A DNA stretch of 64,000 nt from Desulfobacteraceae bacterium (GTDB taxonomy: Bacteria > Desulfobacterota > Desulfobacteria > Desulfobacterales > Desulfatirhabdiaceae), in the NCBI GenBank assembly GCA_037439445.1, contig JBBIWB010000011.1, positions 6,671 through 70,670 of the forward strand. The letters run 5' to 3'. A program made the translations under genes and the position numbers. Shown one piece after another: positions 28,807-39,194 of the stretch; the first letter of the stretch is position 1, and every line of letters starts with the position of its first letter. The notes below the pieces were generated by a model. The model was not told where the DNA came from and ran no database searches. It was given only the letters and a program-made list of their open reading frames with translations.

Positions 28807-30077
28807 TGATAGAGGCTTTCGAAGACTTTCCAGAAGTCCGGAAAGGATTTCTCCACACAGTTTTCATTCTCAATAAAAATTCCAGGAATTTTTAAGCCTG
28901 CTATGGCAAAACACATGGCGAGACGGTGGTCATCATGGGGATTTATTTTTGCCCCATGAGGCTTACCCCCTTTAATCCACATGGTGTCATCACTGCAGCC
29001 GGCTTCAATACCCATCTTCAGAAGTTCTTCAACGACAGAGCCGAGCCTGTCACTTTCCTTGACTTTCAGATGGCCCACGTTTGTTATTACGGTCTTGCCT
29101 TCAGCAAAAGCTGCAACAACAGCGAGGGTAGGAACCATGTCAGGCATTGAACTCATGTCTACTTCAACAGAAGACAGCTTTCCACCTGTTACAGAAATGC
29201 CGTGAGCAGCAGAATTGATCTTACATCCCATGGATTCTAGTACGGAAAGAAGACCGATGTCCCCCTGGCTGGAATCTGGCATGATGCCTTCTACTCCTAT
29301 GGTTGCCCCAGTCACTGCTGCTGTTGCCCAGAAATAACCAGCTTGGGAAACATCCGGCTCGACAAGGAAATTTTTCGACTTATAGACCTGTCTTCCTGCT
29401 ATTCTGAAGCTTTCATATCCGTTTCTTTCAACACTTACTCCCGCCTGATTCATGATGTCAATTGTCATGTCAATGTAAGGTCGCGAAACAGGTCCATGGG
29501 TGACAGCAATCTCAGTACCTTTTTCAGTATATGGTGAAATGAGCAGGAGTGATGAAAGATACTGACTGCTCTTGCTGCAGTTTAAAAAAATGCGTCCACC
29601 TTCTATTGCACAGGCTTCAATTTCAATTGGCGGACATCCTGTCTTGTTAAGTGAGTAAGTCTTGACCCCAAGTTGACTCAGTCCGTCCAGAAGCTCCTGA
29701 ACAGGGCGCTCCTGCATCCGTCTTGTACCGGTAAGCGTATATCTGCCTTTTCCCAGTGCACAAATGGCAGTAAGAAGTCTTACAGAAGTTCCAGAATTTC
29801 CGAGAAAAATTGGATTATTACATGGTTTTAAAAAACCACCTAATCCATGTACCACCCAAGAGGAGGAGGGGCTATCAGGCTCCTTCTGCCGGATTACTAT
29901 GCCCAGGTCTTTCAGTGCATTTCTTGTAAGCCTTGTATCTTCGCTTTCAAGGCCATTTTCTATTTCACATATTCCATCAGAAAGAGCTGATACAATAAGA
30001 GTCCTGTGTGTATAGCTCTTTGACCCTGGCACTGTAACTATTGTGTTTTTGACAGGGCAGGACTTGATTTCTATCAT
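28803..30077 (-). CDS. aroA: 3-phosphoshikimate 1-carboxyvinyltransferase (EPSP synthase)
   Basis: Contains PGSKSYTHR, LGNSGTSVRLL, KESDR and DHRLAM. Confidence 0.95.
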   Translation of the reverse strand: MIEIKSCPVKNTIVTVPGSKSYTHRTLIVSALSDGICEIENGLESEDTRLTRNALKDLGIVIRQKEPDSPSSSWVVHGLGGFLKPCNNPIFLGNSGTSVRLLTAICALGKGRYTLTGTRRMQERPVQELLDGLSQLGVKTYSLNKTGCPPIEIEACAIEGGRIFLNCSKSSQYLSSLLLISPYTEKGTEIAVTHGPVSRPYIDMTIDIMNQAGVSVERNGYESFRIAGRQVYKSKNFLVEPDVSQAGYFWATAAVTGATIGVEGIMPDSSQGDIGLLSVLESMGCKINSAAHGISVTGGKLSSVEVDMSSMPDMVPTLAVVAAFAEGKTVITNVGHLKVKESDRLGSVVEELLKMGIEAGCSDDTMWIKGGKPHGAKINPHDDHRLAMCFAIAGLKIPGIFIENENCVEKSFPDFWKVFESLYQ

Positions 30078-30103
30078 TTTATTCTCATTTTAAGATTAAG
30101 GTT

Positions 30104-30247
30104 GACGGCATCGTAAAAAGGCCGGATGCAGCGCTTGCGCTGCATCCTTCGTCATTGCGGCGTACCATAAGTACGCCTCATTCCCTTAGGATTTGCGTGC
30201 CTTGCCTGCGGCCTTTTTACAAAGCCGTCCGACGGATTTTTTACGAG
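30104..30247. repeat. Structured intergenic element with nested perfect inverted repeats
   Basis: Outer 12-bp pairing: GTAAAAAGGCCG (30113-30124) with CGGCCTTTTTAC (30209-30220). Inner 10-bp stem with a 4-nt loop: GGATGCAGCG-CTTG-CGCTGCATCC (30124-30147). Inner 7-bp stem with a 5-nt loop: GGCGTAC-CATAA-GTACGCC (30159-30177). TCGTAAAAA (30111-30119) is also complementary to TTTTTACGA (30238-30246). Confidence 0.5.
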
Positions 30248-30266
30248 TTCATCAAGGTTCACGATG

Positions 30267-32384
30267 TCATCCTATTTCCATAAAAACTGGTTCTTTCATG
30301 ATTTGTTCTATTGCTAGATTTGCAGTCCTTGCGGCCTCAGGAAAGGTTCTTGCCAGGTTGTTTATATGTCTCAGGTGATCTGCTGTTCTTAGTATCAGCA
30401 TGACAAGGTCACCTTCAGCGCCTTCGAAGAGCTCAACAACATCTTCCCAGGGCTCATCATTTGCCCAGGCATAGACTGCCATTGCAGGCTTTATGTAAAG
30501 AGGTTTTACTTCAAAACCATGGTCATACATTTCCCGCATGATGGGTTTTAGAGCTGTGTTTATGCTTATAAAGGCATTAAAAAGAACTGGTGGAACACTT
30601 CTGCGGTCAATTTTTTCATCGGCTTCTCTGTCTGAAACAAAAAGAGACATTAGAGCAGCCATGAGAGCAGGATCTGAATCCTTGAATACGCCTTTCCTGA
30701 ATCCTTCGGCAATCAAGAGCGGCTGATCCACCCTGAGCTGGGAAGCCCACCTTCCATCCACGGTCAGGCGGCCATCGTTATCAGCAAACCGCTTCAGCTT
30801 CAAAAACTCAAGGTGACGGTTGAAATCATCTGTTAATATCTTGTGTCGGGTTCCAGAAATGTATCTCGCCTCGTTTTTTTTGCCTTTGTCGTTCATGAGT
30901 AAAAATGTTGCAAAAGAGCGCATCAACAGATCTTCTATCTGGTCTGGGGGATGAGACATGAGAAGATTCAGCACCATGGAAAAATTGATCCTGATCTGAG
31001 AGGTTACATCTGACGGAGGCGCAGATAAAAGCTTGAAACAAAGTCTTGTATCAAGATATTTTCCAGGAATTGCAACTGCAAAACCAATGTTATCCATGCC
31101 GCGTCGTCCTGCTCTTCCTGTCATCTGATGAAACTCGGTGGGGCTGAGCGGCATGAACTCTCTGCCATTGAAGCGGTCTGTATTAAGAAATACGACTGTT
31201 CTTGCAGGAAAATTAACACCTGCTGCTACAGTTGATGTCGCAAAAACAGCATCAAGGAGCCCTTCGGTCATGAGAATTTCTATGACCTGTTTCCAGATCG
31301 GAAGCTGTCCGCTGTGATGAGCTCCTATGGCAAGCCTCTCAAGGTGCCAGAGCTGTCTGTGATTTTCAATATGAGGGCTTTGAGAAATGATTTCTTCAAT
31401 TCTACGGCGCAGTTTTTCCATTTTTTCAGGATCATTTATCCAGTGACCTCTGCACATATTGAGAGCATGATCACAGTCTGCACGTGATTTGAGAAAGAAA
31501 ATTGCTGGAAGAAGATCATAGTGGCCGAGAACTTTAAGTATCTCACCCATAGGAGGCAGTTGGGCATGCCCTGTTACTATGCTGCCTGGTTTTTCTTCAA
31601 GCAGATATTTTCTCACTTTTTTGGATATTCGATCCTTACCTTTTTCATCTGCTGAGATAAGAGGCAGAAGGGTTCCTGAAGGGTGAAAAAAAATTGGATA
31701 GAGTGGGACAGTTCTCTTGAATTCTTCTATGACAATGCATTTCTTTGATCTTATTGCAGTCAGCCATTCAGCAATTTTTCCGGCATTCCCTATTGTTGCA
31801 GAAAGCAAAAGAAGAGGAATTCTGGATGGAAGATAAATCATGGTTTCCTCCCAGACTACCCCGCGCTCTTCGTCTCCGAGAAAATGGGCTTCATCCAGAA
31901 CAACAAAATCAGTATCAAGGGTTTGACCTGTGTTCATTGCATCATAGAGCTGATTGCGAAGAATCTCTGTTGTGCCGACGATTACCGGTGCATCAGGTCT
32001 TTCTTTGCGATCTCCTGTGAGAATGCCTACCTGATCCTGGCCGAAAATCCTGCCGAATTCATGATACTTTGCATTAGACAAAGCCTTTAAAGGTGTGGCA
32101 TACCAGGTGCGCCCCTTCATAGCCATAACCTTAGAGATTGACTCGATTGCTATCCAGGTTTTCCCTGAACCAGTTGGTGCTGTAACAAGGCAGTCAGCTT
32201 CTTCAACAGCACTGACTGCCTTTGTTTGGAACTCATCAGGAGAAAATGTGCCTGCTTCTGGAGTGCCTATGGTCTTAAATATAGCCTTTAAACTGATATC
32301 AACACCTGCTTTCAGTCTTGTGATCTGAGGTGAAGGTTTTTTTTTAAAGGGTCTGAAGCGGATAGGTTTCCTTCCAGGTTTCAT
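30267..32384 (-). CDS. Ski2-like (HelY-type) DEAD/DEAH-box helicase
   Basis: Motif I APTGSGKT, motif II DEAHFLGD, motif III SATIGN, motif VI QMTGRAGRRG. A long C-terminal extension as in Ski2/HelY helicases. Confidence 0.85.
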   Translation of the reverse strand: MKPGRKPIRFRPFKKKPSPQITRLKAGVDISLKAIFKTIGTPEAGTFSPDEFQTKAVSAVEEADCLVTAPTGSGKTWIAIESISKVMAMKGRTWYATPLKALSNAKYHEFGRIFGQDQVGILTGDRKERPDAPVIVGTTEILRNQLYDAMNTGQTLDTDFVVLDEAHFLGDEERGVVWEETMIYLPSRIPLLLLSATIGNAGKIAEWLTAIRSKKCIVIEEFKRTVPLYPIFFHPSGTLLPLISADEKGKDRISKKVRKYLLEEKPGSIVTGHAQLPPMGEILKVLGHYDLLPAIFFLKSRADCDHALNMCRGHWINDPEKMEKLRRRIEEIISQSPHIENHRQLWHLERLAIGAHHSGQLPIWKQVIEILMTEGLLDAVFATSTVAAGVNFPARTVVFLNTDRFNGREFMPLSPTEFHQMTGRAGRRGMDNIGFAVAIPGKYLDTRLCFKLLSAPPSDVTSQIRINFSMVLNLLMSHPPDQIEDLLMRSFATFLLMNDKGKKNEARYISGTRHKILTDDFNRHLEFLKLKRFADNDGRLTVDGRWASQLRVDQPLLIAEGFRKGVFKDSDPALMAALMSLFVSDREADEKIDRRSVPPVLFNAFISINTALKPIMREMYDHGFEVKPLYIKPAMAVYAWANDEPWEDVVELFEGAEGDLVMLILRTADHLRHINNLARTFPEAARTANLAIEQIMKEPVFMEIG

Positions 32385-33142
32385 TGCATCAGCTTCTGAA
32401 TGATGGCATCTATCTGGGTCTTGGCCAAAGACTTCGTGTCGAAAGGGGATATGCCTTTTAAATCGGCTTCTATAAGGGTATCTTCATATGGGATAAAACC
32501 TAAAAACTCAAAGCCGGAAAGGTTTTTCTTAAGATAAGCCACGTCATCTTCCCCTCTTATTTTATTTCCAACAACTGCTATCCGGTTTAACCCGATTTCG
32601 GAAGCAAGTTTCTGAATGTTTTCAGCGGTATCAATACTTCTTCTTCCTGGTTCAACCACAACTATCAGTTTATCAACTGCCTTAGCAGTGGATCTTCCAA
32701 GATGTTCGATTCCTGCTTCCATGTCCATTACCACAATCTCATTTCTGGCAAGAACAATATGGGTGACAAGAGTCCTTAAAAGAGTGCTTTCAGGGCATAT
32801 GCAGCCTGAGCCGCCTTTTTTTATTCCGCCTAGACGCATCATCTTGATGTTTCCAAGCTTTGCAGACAAGGCATCAGGAAGATCATCCACCTTGGGGTTC
32901 AGTTTGAAAAAACCTCCCATGCTGTCGGGAGTGGCGCCGGTTCTTTCGAAGGCAAGGTCTTTCATTTCAGAAATGGGAATTATCTTATCAGCATCAGAAA
33001 TTCCCAGTGCTCCTGCCAGGTTGGCATCAGGGTCTGCATCAATTGCAAGTACTTTCTTTCCCTGTAAATCAAATGTTCTTATAAGCAAGGCAGAAAATGT
33101 CGTCTTTCCAACCCCGCCTTTACCGCTTACTGCTATTTTCAT
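32381..33142 (-). CDS. cooC: CooC/AcsF-family (MinD/ParA-type) nickel-insertion accessory ATPase
   Basis: Deviant Walker A SGKGGVGKTT, DADPDANL, and the CooC-type GCICPES Cys motif. 4-nt overlap with the helicase gene. Confidence 0.75.
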   Translation of the reverse strand: MKIAVSGKGGVGKTTFSALLIRTFDLQGKKVLAIDADPDANLAGALGISDADKIIPISEMKDLAFERTGATPDSMGGFFKLNPKVDDLPDALSAKLGNIKMMRLGGIKKGGSGCICPESTLLRTLVTHIVLARNEIVVMDMEAGIEHLGRSTAKAVDKLIVVVEPGRRSIDTAENIQKLASEIGLNRIAVVGNKIRGEDDVAYLKKNLSGFEFLGFIPYEDTLIEADLKGISPFDTKSLAKTQIDAIIQKLMQ

Positions 33143-33432
33143 GGTTATTTATCCTTTATATGAAGGCGATTTGTGGCTTATCAGGTTTAAAGTTCCAGAA
33201 ATCACTGAATGACTGGCTTTAGCCCTAAACACCTGAAACAGCTTAATTATGAAATTTCTGCTTTTTTTATCTTTAAGATTAAATAAGACTCTTTGTCTTG
33301 AAAGTCAAGGATGACAAATGCTTATACATCAGGCTTTAAAAAAGGGGCTTCAGGTTTTTGATAGGTTCTTGTTTCAGTTCTTGACAGTTGGCTGTTCTGA
33401 ATACTGAGATGATTATTTGCAGGTTTTTTAAA

Positions 33433-33461
33433 TTGACAAGCATATATATCAGCATTATTGT
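33433..33461 (+). promoter_or_regulatory. Candidate sigma-70 promoter for dnaG-rpoD
   Basis: TTGACA (33433-33438), a 17-nt spacer, then TATTGT (33456-33461). It lies about 60 nt upstream of the dnaG start. Confidence 0.35.
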
Positions 33462-33521
33462 TTCAATTATATTAAGCCTGCCTCTCTCGTTGACTACCTT
33501 TCTGATTAGGAGGTTTTTTTC

Positions 33522-35330
33522 TTGTCTCACATGGTTTCAGACGAAAAAATTTCAGAAATTAAACACAGTGCCGATATTATTGAAATTGTTTCTGAGACAG
33601 TAACCCTGAAAAAAAACGGAAGAAACTTTCTTGGACTATGCCCTTTTCATTCTGAAAAAACCCCGTCTTTTACAGTGAGTCCCGATAAACAGATGTTTTA
33701 CTGTTTTGGATGCGGGCTAGGAGGAAATGTCTTTACCTACGTTATGAAACACGAAGGGATTTCCTTTCCTGAAGCAGCAAGATTTCTCGCCAGACGCTAC
33801 GGAATAATGATTTCTGAACAAATGAATACATCTTCAAAGAATCACGTTGATGAAAGAGAGCTTCTCTTTCAGATCAACAGGCTGGCAATGGAATTTTTTC
33901 ATGACTGTCTTATAAAATCAAAGTCCGGAAGCCCTGCGCTTTCATACTTTGGCAGTCGAGGTATTACAGATGTTATGATAAAGGATTTCTGTCTCGGATA
34001 TGCAAGGCCGGGCTGGAGTAATCTATTAAATTTCCTTTCAAATAAGGGAATAGCCGTTGCACTAATTGAAAAGGCAGGTCTTGTAACAAGGCGGGAAAAA
34101 GGAAGCGGGTTTTATGACCGTTTCAGGGATCGTCTCATTTTCCCTATCCTTAATCTGCACAATCAGACAGCAGGTTTCGGGGGAAGGGTCATAGATGATG
34201 AGTCCTTGCCTAAATATCTCAATTCACCAGAAACTCCGATATACAGCAAGAGCCGATCCCTTTACGGTCTTTTTCAGGCAAAACCATATTGCAGGCAGGC
34301 TGGTGATGTCTTTGTTGCAGAAGGATACATGGATTTGCTGAGCCTTCATCTTCATGGATTTAAAAACTCGGTTGCAACTCTTGGAACAGCCATGACAGAA
34401 GAGCACATCCGTCTCTTAAGGGGAATCTGCCAGAAGATTACTCTTGTATATGACTCTGATCAGGCTGGAATAAAGGCTGCTCTCAGGTGTATTGAACTTT
34501 TCAATGTTCACCACCAGATTCAGGATATCAGGGTTCTGGTGCTGCCTGATGGCCATGATCCTGATACTTTTCTCAGACAATTTGGAAGTGAATCTTTCAA
34601 TAAGGCAGCAAGCCAGGCATCAGGAGTATTTTCTTTTCTTATAGATATTGCCATTAAGAAATACGGACTTACACTTGAAGGAAAACTTGGAATAATCAAT
34701 GAACTCGAAAAACCCTTGTCAGCTCTGACTGATGGGCTGATAAGAAGCTCTGCAATAAGGGAGATTGCTGAACGAACCGGTATAGATGAAAGGGCAATAC
34801 AGGACAGGGTAAGGGAAATGATTCCTGCAGGGCGCTTCATGGAAAAAACAGCAGAAAAGACATCTCTTTTTTCAGGATCTAAATTTGAAAAACGTATCAT
34901 TGCAATGATGCTTCAGTTTCCTGCAATCATACCCGTTATTGTTCGGAAAAAACTGATTGAATATATTTCAGACCCATTGCTCAAATCTACAGGAAGTGAT
35001 ATAATTAAGTTTTATCATTATTTGGACAAGACTTCAGGGAAGGTCGACGATCTTTCTTCCATCATGTTGATGAAAACTCAGGATGATGAGAAAAAACGTA
35101 TTATTGCAGCATATTCCATTCAGAAAGAGGAATGGCAGCATGATGGCTGTCTGAAACTGATAGAACAGTATGTAACAACTCAAAAGAGATCTGAGATGCG
35201 TTTATTGCAGCAGAAAATTAAAAAAGCTGAAGAATGTCAGGATGAGGCATTGCTTCAAAGACTCATTAAAGATTTTGAGATGGTCAGATGTCCGCAGGAG
35301 GAAGGAAATTATGGCAAAAATATCCGTTAA
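33522..35330 (+). CDS. dnaG: DNA primase
   Basis: Zinc ribbon [31 protein letters not shown] and a TOPRIM region ([15 protein letters not shown]). The TTG start at 33522 is 8 nt after AGGAGG. Confidence 0.95.
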   Translation: MSHMVSDEKISEIKHSADIIEIVSETVTLKKNGRNFLGLCPFHSEKTPSFTVSPDKQMFYCFGCGLGGNVFTYVMKHEGISFPEAARFLARRYGIMISEQMNTSSKNHVDERELLFQINRLAMEFFHDCLIKSKSGSPALSYFGSRGITDVMIKDFCLGYARPGWSNLLNFLSNKGIAVALIEKAGLVTRREKGSGFYDRFRDRLIFPILNLHNQTAGFGGRVIDDESLPKYLNSPETPIYSKSRSLYGLFQAKPYCRQAGDVFVAEGYMDLLSLHLHGFKNSVATLGTAMTEEHIRLLRGICQKITLVYDSDQAGIKAALRCIELFNVHHQIQDIRVLVLPDGHDPDTFLRQFGSESFNKAASQASGVFSFLIDIAIKKYGLTLEGKLGIINELEKPLSALTDGLIRSSAIREIAERTGIDERAIQDRVREMIPAGRFMEKTAEKTSLFSGSKFEKRIIAMMLQFPAIIPVIVRKKLIEYISDPLLKSTGSDIIKFYHYLDKTSGKVDDLSSIMLMKTQDDEKKRIIAAYSIQKEEWQHDGCLKLIEQYVTTQKRSEMRLLQQKIKKAEECQDEALLQRLIKDFEMVRCPQEEGNYGKNIR

Positions 35331-37074
35331 AAAACAAAAAACGGAAAAAAGAATTGCAAAAAAATCCATGTCGGAACTGATTTTAAAAGGCAAGGAAAAA
35401 GGATCCCTTACATATGATGATATTAACATGGCTTTACCCGAAGATTTGATTTCACCAGATCACATAGATGAAACAATAATGATTTTTGATGAACTTGATA
35501 TTGATATACTGGATGAAAAAACTTCTGAATCAAGTGAAAATGATTCAATAGAGGCTGCAAAACGTGCAAAAAAAGACAATGCTGTGATTGATTTCGGTTC
35601 AGTGACAGATCCTGTCAAGATGTATCTAAGGGAAATGGGTCTTGTTACACTCCTAAGTCGTGACGGAGAGGTTGAGATTGCCAAGAAAATTGAAGCAGGA
35701 GAGCAGGAAGTACTGAAGGCCATAGTTGATACTGTAACAGGAATAGAGTCTTTGCTGAATCTTGCCTCTGAGATAGAAAAAGGGGTGCTTCGCCCAAAAT
35801 ACGTTCTCAAAGACCTTGATGAAGGTGATGCTTATGTGGATGAAGTGCTTCAAACAGAAAAGTTCTTAGACACTATCCGTCAGATTAAAGTTCATAATGA
35901 AGAAAACAATGAATCAAGAAAAATGTTATTATTACCGGATATCTCGCCAGATGATGCTAAGAAGATAAAGCGCGCCATAACAAGAAGAAACAACAAAATT
36001 TTCGATCTGCTTAAGGACTGGCGGCTGGAGGGAAATGTTGTAGACAAGATCGAACAGATCATTCGTGAACAGGTAGAATGGTTTGATGCAATGAACAAGA
36101 TGTTGTCTATGGTTTCAGATTCTCTAAGTGTTCATGTGAATGATGTCATTAAAAATCTTGATAATAAGAATCATTTTGTTGAATGGATAAAGCCTTTGTG
36201 CAGGCTGAATCAGGATGAATCAGGCCTGTTGTTTGACGAATTATCCAGAATCATTCTTCAGATAAATGAAAAAGAACAGATTATAAAAACGAAATCCCAG
36301 GCGTTGAAAAAGATTCTTGCTGATGTTGATGACGGACGATACAAGGCAAAAATTGCCAAAAGTGAGCTTACAAAAGCAAATCTTAGGCTGGTGGTAAGTA
36401 TTGCTAAAAAATATACAAATCGCGGACTTCAGTTCTTGGATCTCATTCAGGAAGGCAACATAGGCCTGATGAAGGCAGTTGACAAATTTGAATACAGGAG
36501 AGGCTACAAATTCAGCACTTATGCTACATGGTGGATACGCCAGGCCATTACCAGAGCCATTGCAGACCAGGCCAGAACCATAAGAATCCCTGTTCACATG
36601 ATAGAAACCATAAACAAACTCATCAGGACTTCAAGATATCTGGTTCAGGAACTTGGGCGTGAACCAAGGCCTGAAGAAATTGCCGAAAAAATGGAGATCC
36701 CATTGGACAAGGTCAGAAAAGTGTTAAAGATAGCAAGAGAGCCGATTTCACTTGAGACTCCCATAGGAGAGGAAGAAGACAGCCATCTAGGTGATTTTAT
36801 CGAAGACAAGAAATTTCTGCTTCCTTCTGATGCGGCAGTCAATCTGAATCTAGCAGAACAGACCAGAAAAGTTCTTGCCACCTTGACACCAAGGGAAGAA
36901 AAAGTATTGAGGATGCGTTTTGGAATCGGAGAAAAAGCCGATCATACACTGGAAGAAGTTGGCCATGACTTTGCTGTAACGAGGGAACGAATCCGTCAGA
37001 TAGAGGCAAAAGCCCTTAGAAAGCTCAGGCATCCAACGAGAAGCAAGAAGTTAAAAAGTTTTATTGATATGTAA
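35311..37074 (+). CDS. rpoD: RNA polymerase primary sigma factor
   Basis: Regions 1.1 to 4 are present, including [51 protein letters not shown] and [28 protein letters not shown] call the ATG at 35311 (MAKISVKK), which is preceded by GGAGGAAGG. The track ORF starts at 35242. Confidence 0.95.
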   Translation: MAKISVKKQKTEKRIAKKSMSELILKGKEKGSLTYDDINMALPEDLISPDHIDETIMIFDELDIDILDEKTSESSENDSIEAAKRAKKDNAVIDFGSVTDPVKMYLREMGLVTLLSRDGEVEIAKKIEAGEQEVLKAIVDTVTGIESLLNLASEIEKGVLRPKYVLKDLDEGDAYVDEVLQTEKFLDTIRQIKVHNEENNESRKMLLLPDISPDDAKKIKRAITRRNNKIFDLLKDWRLEGNVVDKIEQIIREQVEWFDAMNKMLSMVSDSLSVHVNDVIKNLDNKNHFVEWIKPLCRLNQDESGLLFDELSRIILQINEKEQIIKTKSQALKKILADVDDGRYKAKIAKSELTKANLRLVVSIAKKYTNRGLQFLDLIQEGNIGLMKAVDKFEYRRGYKFSTYATWWIRQAITRAIADQARTIRIPVHMIETINKLIRTSRYLVQELGREPRPEEIAEKMEIPLDKVRKVLKIAREPISLETPIGEEEDSHLGDFIEDKKFLLPSDAAVNLNLAEQTRKVLATLTPREEKVLRMRFGIGEKADHTLEEVGHDFAVTRERIRQIEAKALRKLRHPTRSKKLKSFIDM

Positions 37075-37117
37075 AGCTTGACAAAAAGTGATCTTGAAGC
37101 TAAAAGAAAATCATAGA

Positions 37118-37190
37118 GGGCCCATAGCTCAGCTGGAAGAGCCACCGGCTCATAACCGGTCGGTCCCTGGTTCGAACCCAGGTGGGCCCA
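37118..37190 (+). tRNA. tRNA with CAT anticodon (elongator Met or lysidine-modified Ile2)
   Basis: Cloverleaf folded by hand. 7-bp acceptor stem GGGCCCA/TGGGCCC, D-arm AGCTCAGCTGGAAGAGC, anticodon stem-loop ACCGG-CTCATAA-CCGGT, T-arm CTGGTTCGAACCCAG, discriminator A. No encoded CCA. Confidence 0.9.
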
Positions 37191-37206
37191 TCAAAAGAAA
37201 GAAAAA

Positions 37207-37238
37207 GGCGCTGGGGAATTCTTCCCCCGCCTTTTTTT
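37207..37238 (+). terminator. Rho-independent terminator after rpoD-tRNA
   Basis: The sequence GGCG-CT-GGGGAA-TTC-TTCCCC-CGCC forms 10 bp of stem with a 2-nt bulge and a 3-nt loop. It is followed by TTTTTTT. Confidence 0.7.
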
Positions 37239-37295
37239 AATTTTATATGAAAGCATCAGCTTTTGAAGCATGATGTTTTGTTTGAAAAGGGCAAG

Positions 37296-38411
37296 ATGCC
37301 AAATGTAGCAGATATTATAGATTTAATGGAAAAAGTTGCTCCTCACTGCCTGGCTGAATCCTGGGATAATGTAGGGTTGCAGTCAGGAAGCAGAGACTGG
37401 CCAGTAAATAAGATATGGGTTGCACTCGATCCTCTTCCTGAAGTTATTTCATCAGCATGCACTCATGATGTCGATCTTCTAATTACACATCATCCACTCT
37501 TGTTCAATCCAGTTCACAGTATTGATTTTAACTCTTCCATCGGCTCAATCATCGAAAAATCTGCTGTTGGAAAACTTGCCATATATTCAGCCCATACCAA
37601 TCTTGATAAGGCATCGGGAGGCCTGAACGATATGCTTGCAGACCGGCTTGAACTGGATGAGGCAACAGTCCTGGCTCCTACGTCTGATTCAGAGTCCTGC
37701 AAGCTGGTTTTGTACGTTCCGCCCGATCATGAACTCAAAGTCTTAACCGCATTGTTTCAAACCCCTGCAGGAATTATTGGCCAATATTCATGCTGTTCGT
37801 TCAGAAACTCGGGGAAGGGCTCTTTTCTTCCTGGAAATATGACCAGTCCTTTCATAGGACGACCCGGAGAAATTTCTCATGTTGATGAGACAAGGATTGA
37901 AACAGTGGTCAGAAAAAAAGACCTGTCTTCAGTCCTTTCTCATGTCAGAGCCCATCACCCTTATCAAACCATGGCTTATGACATCTATCCTCTTATCAAT
38001 GCAGAGAAAAAAAATGGTTTTGGAAGAATAGGGAAGCTAAAAGAAAGCATGACTCTGATGCAGTTTGCAAGTAAAGTTAAACAAAGGCTTTCCTTATCTT
38101 CAGTTAAAATTGCCGGCAATCAGGACATGGCTATTGACATTGCTGCGATTTGCTCAGGAAGTGGTGCCAGTCTCCTGGATGTTTTTTTTGCATCAAATGC
38201 CGAAGTCTTCATAAGCGGTGATTTTAAGTACCACGATGCAAGAGCTGCTGAAGAAAAAGGCAGGGCATTAATAGACATCGGTCATTTCCCTTCAGAGCAA
38301 ATCATGATAACCGAAATTACTGACTATCTTAGCAGGCAGATTTTAAACAATTCCTGGAATATTCAGGTAGAAGCCTGTAAACTTGAAAAAAACCCATTTA
38401 ACGTGATATAA
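37296..38411 (+). CDS. Nif3-like dinuclear metal center protein (GTP cyclohydrolase 1 type 2 family), long form with inserted domain
   Basis: Contains AESWDNVGLQ, DLLITHHPLLF, IYSAHTNLD and a C-terminal GDFKYHD...IDIGHF. The preferred start is the ATG at 37296. Confidence 0.85.
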   Translation: MPNVADIIDLMEKVAPHCLAESWDNVGLQSGSRDWPVNKIWVALDPLPEVISSACTHDVDLLITHHPLLFNPVHSIDFNSSIGSIIEKSAVGKLAIYSAHTNLDKASGGLNDMLADRLELDEATVLAPTSDSESCKLVLYVPPDHELKVLTALFQTPAGIIGQYSCCSFRNSGKGSFLPGNMTSPFIGRPGEISHVDETRIETVVRKKDLSSVLSHVRAHHPYQTMAYDIYPLINAEKKNGFGRIGKLKESMTLMQFASKVKQRLSLSSVKIAGNQDMAIDIAAICSGSGASLLDVFFASNAEVFISGDFKYHDARAAEEKGRALIDIGHFPSEQIMITEITDYLSRQILNNSWNIQVEACKLEKNPFNVI

Positions 38412-38417
38412 GAAAAT

Positions 38418-39176
38418 ATGCTTAACAATCCATCGCCCCTTAATTCCAACATACCCGGTACAAAAATGAAAGATCAGATAGACATACTGGTTGCATTGCA
38501 ACAAATAACAATTGAATCCTCGGTCATAAAAACTCACCTGGCTGCAATATCAAAAAAGCTTGAGATTCTTAATGACAGACGAAATGAAACAGATCAGCGT
38601 ATAATTGATGAAACTGAGCTGATAGAGGAATCCCGAAAAACATATCGTTCTTATGAATCTGACATAAAACAGAATCAGATAATGATAAAAAGAAGTCAGG
38701 AAAGGCTTTTTTCCATAAAGAACAACAGGGAGTATCAGGCTCTATTAAAAGAAATTGAAGAGCTCAAGAGAACAAATTCATCCATAGAAGACCAGATGAT
38801 TGAATGTCTGAATCTGATAGATGCTGCTGAAAAAAGACTCTCGAGCCTGCACAAGGATCTAAATGACATTTCTGAAGACTTAAATACGGAGCAAAAAACA
38901 GTAAGCCTGGAAACAAAATCTGCCAATAAAAGGATAGAAGAACTGGAAGCCGAACGGATCGATATATCCTGTAAGATTGAGCCTGATACTCTGAAGCTTT
39001 TTCAGAAAATACAGGCTAAGGAAAGCAGAGGAATAGCCGTTGTGCCGGTTCAGGATGCAGTATGCCGCGGGTGTTACGTCAATATCCCGCCCCAGATGTA
39101 TAATGAGCTTCAAAGATGTGACAGCCTCAGAATGTGTCCGAATTGTCAGAGGATAATTTACTGGAAACAGGCCTGA
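38418..39176 (+). CDS. Coiled-coil protein with C-terminal C4 zinc ribbon (COG1579/DUF164-type, common Nif3 neighbour)
   Basis: Long heptad-rich region, then CRGCYVNIPPQ...MCPNCQRIIY. An alternative start is the ATG at 38466 (MKDQID). Confidence 0.75.
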   Translation: MLNNPSPLNSNIPGTKMKDQIDILVALQQITIESSVIKTHLAAISKKLEILNDRRNETDQRIIDETELIEESRKTYRSYESDIKQNQIMIKRSQERLFSIKNNREYQALLKEIEELKRTNSSIEDQMIECLNLIDAAEKRLSSLHKDLNDISEDLNTEQKTVSLETKSANKRIEELEAERIDISCKIEPDTLKLFQKIQAKESRGIAVVPVQDAVCRGCYVNIPPQMYNELQRCDSLRMCPNCQRIIYWKQA

Positions 39177-39194
39177 ATTTATCTGATTTAAAAT

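Noticed and set aside
30168-30184. The 17-mer TAAGTACGCCTCATTCC shares 16 of 17 positions with 55806..55822 (TAAGTACGACTCATTCC), suggesting a dispersed repeat.
   Set aside because: A back-of-envelope estimate for a 64-kb window, considering all position pairs, indicates that a few 16/17 matches are expected by chance. The flanks do not align.
35242-35310. The upstream extension of rpoD ([23 protein letters not shown]).
   Set aside because: It overlaps the dnaG 3' end. The ATG at 35311 has a strong GGAGG-type RBS and gives a typical RpoD N-terminus.
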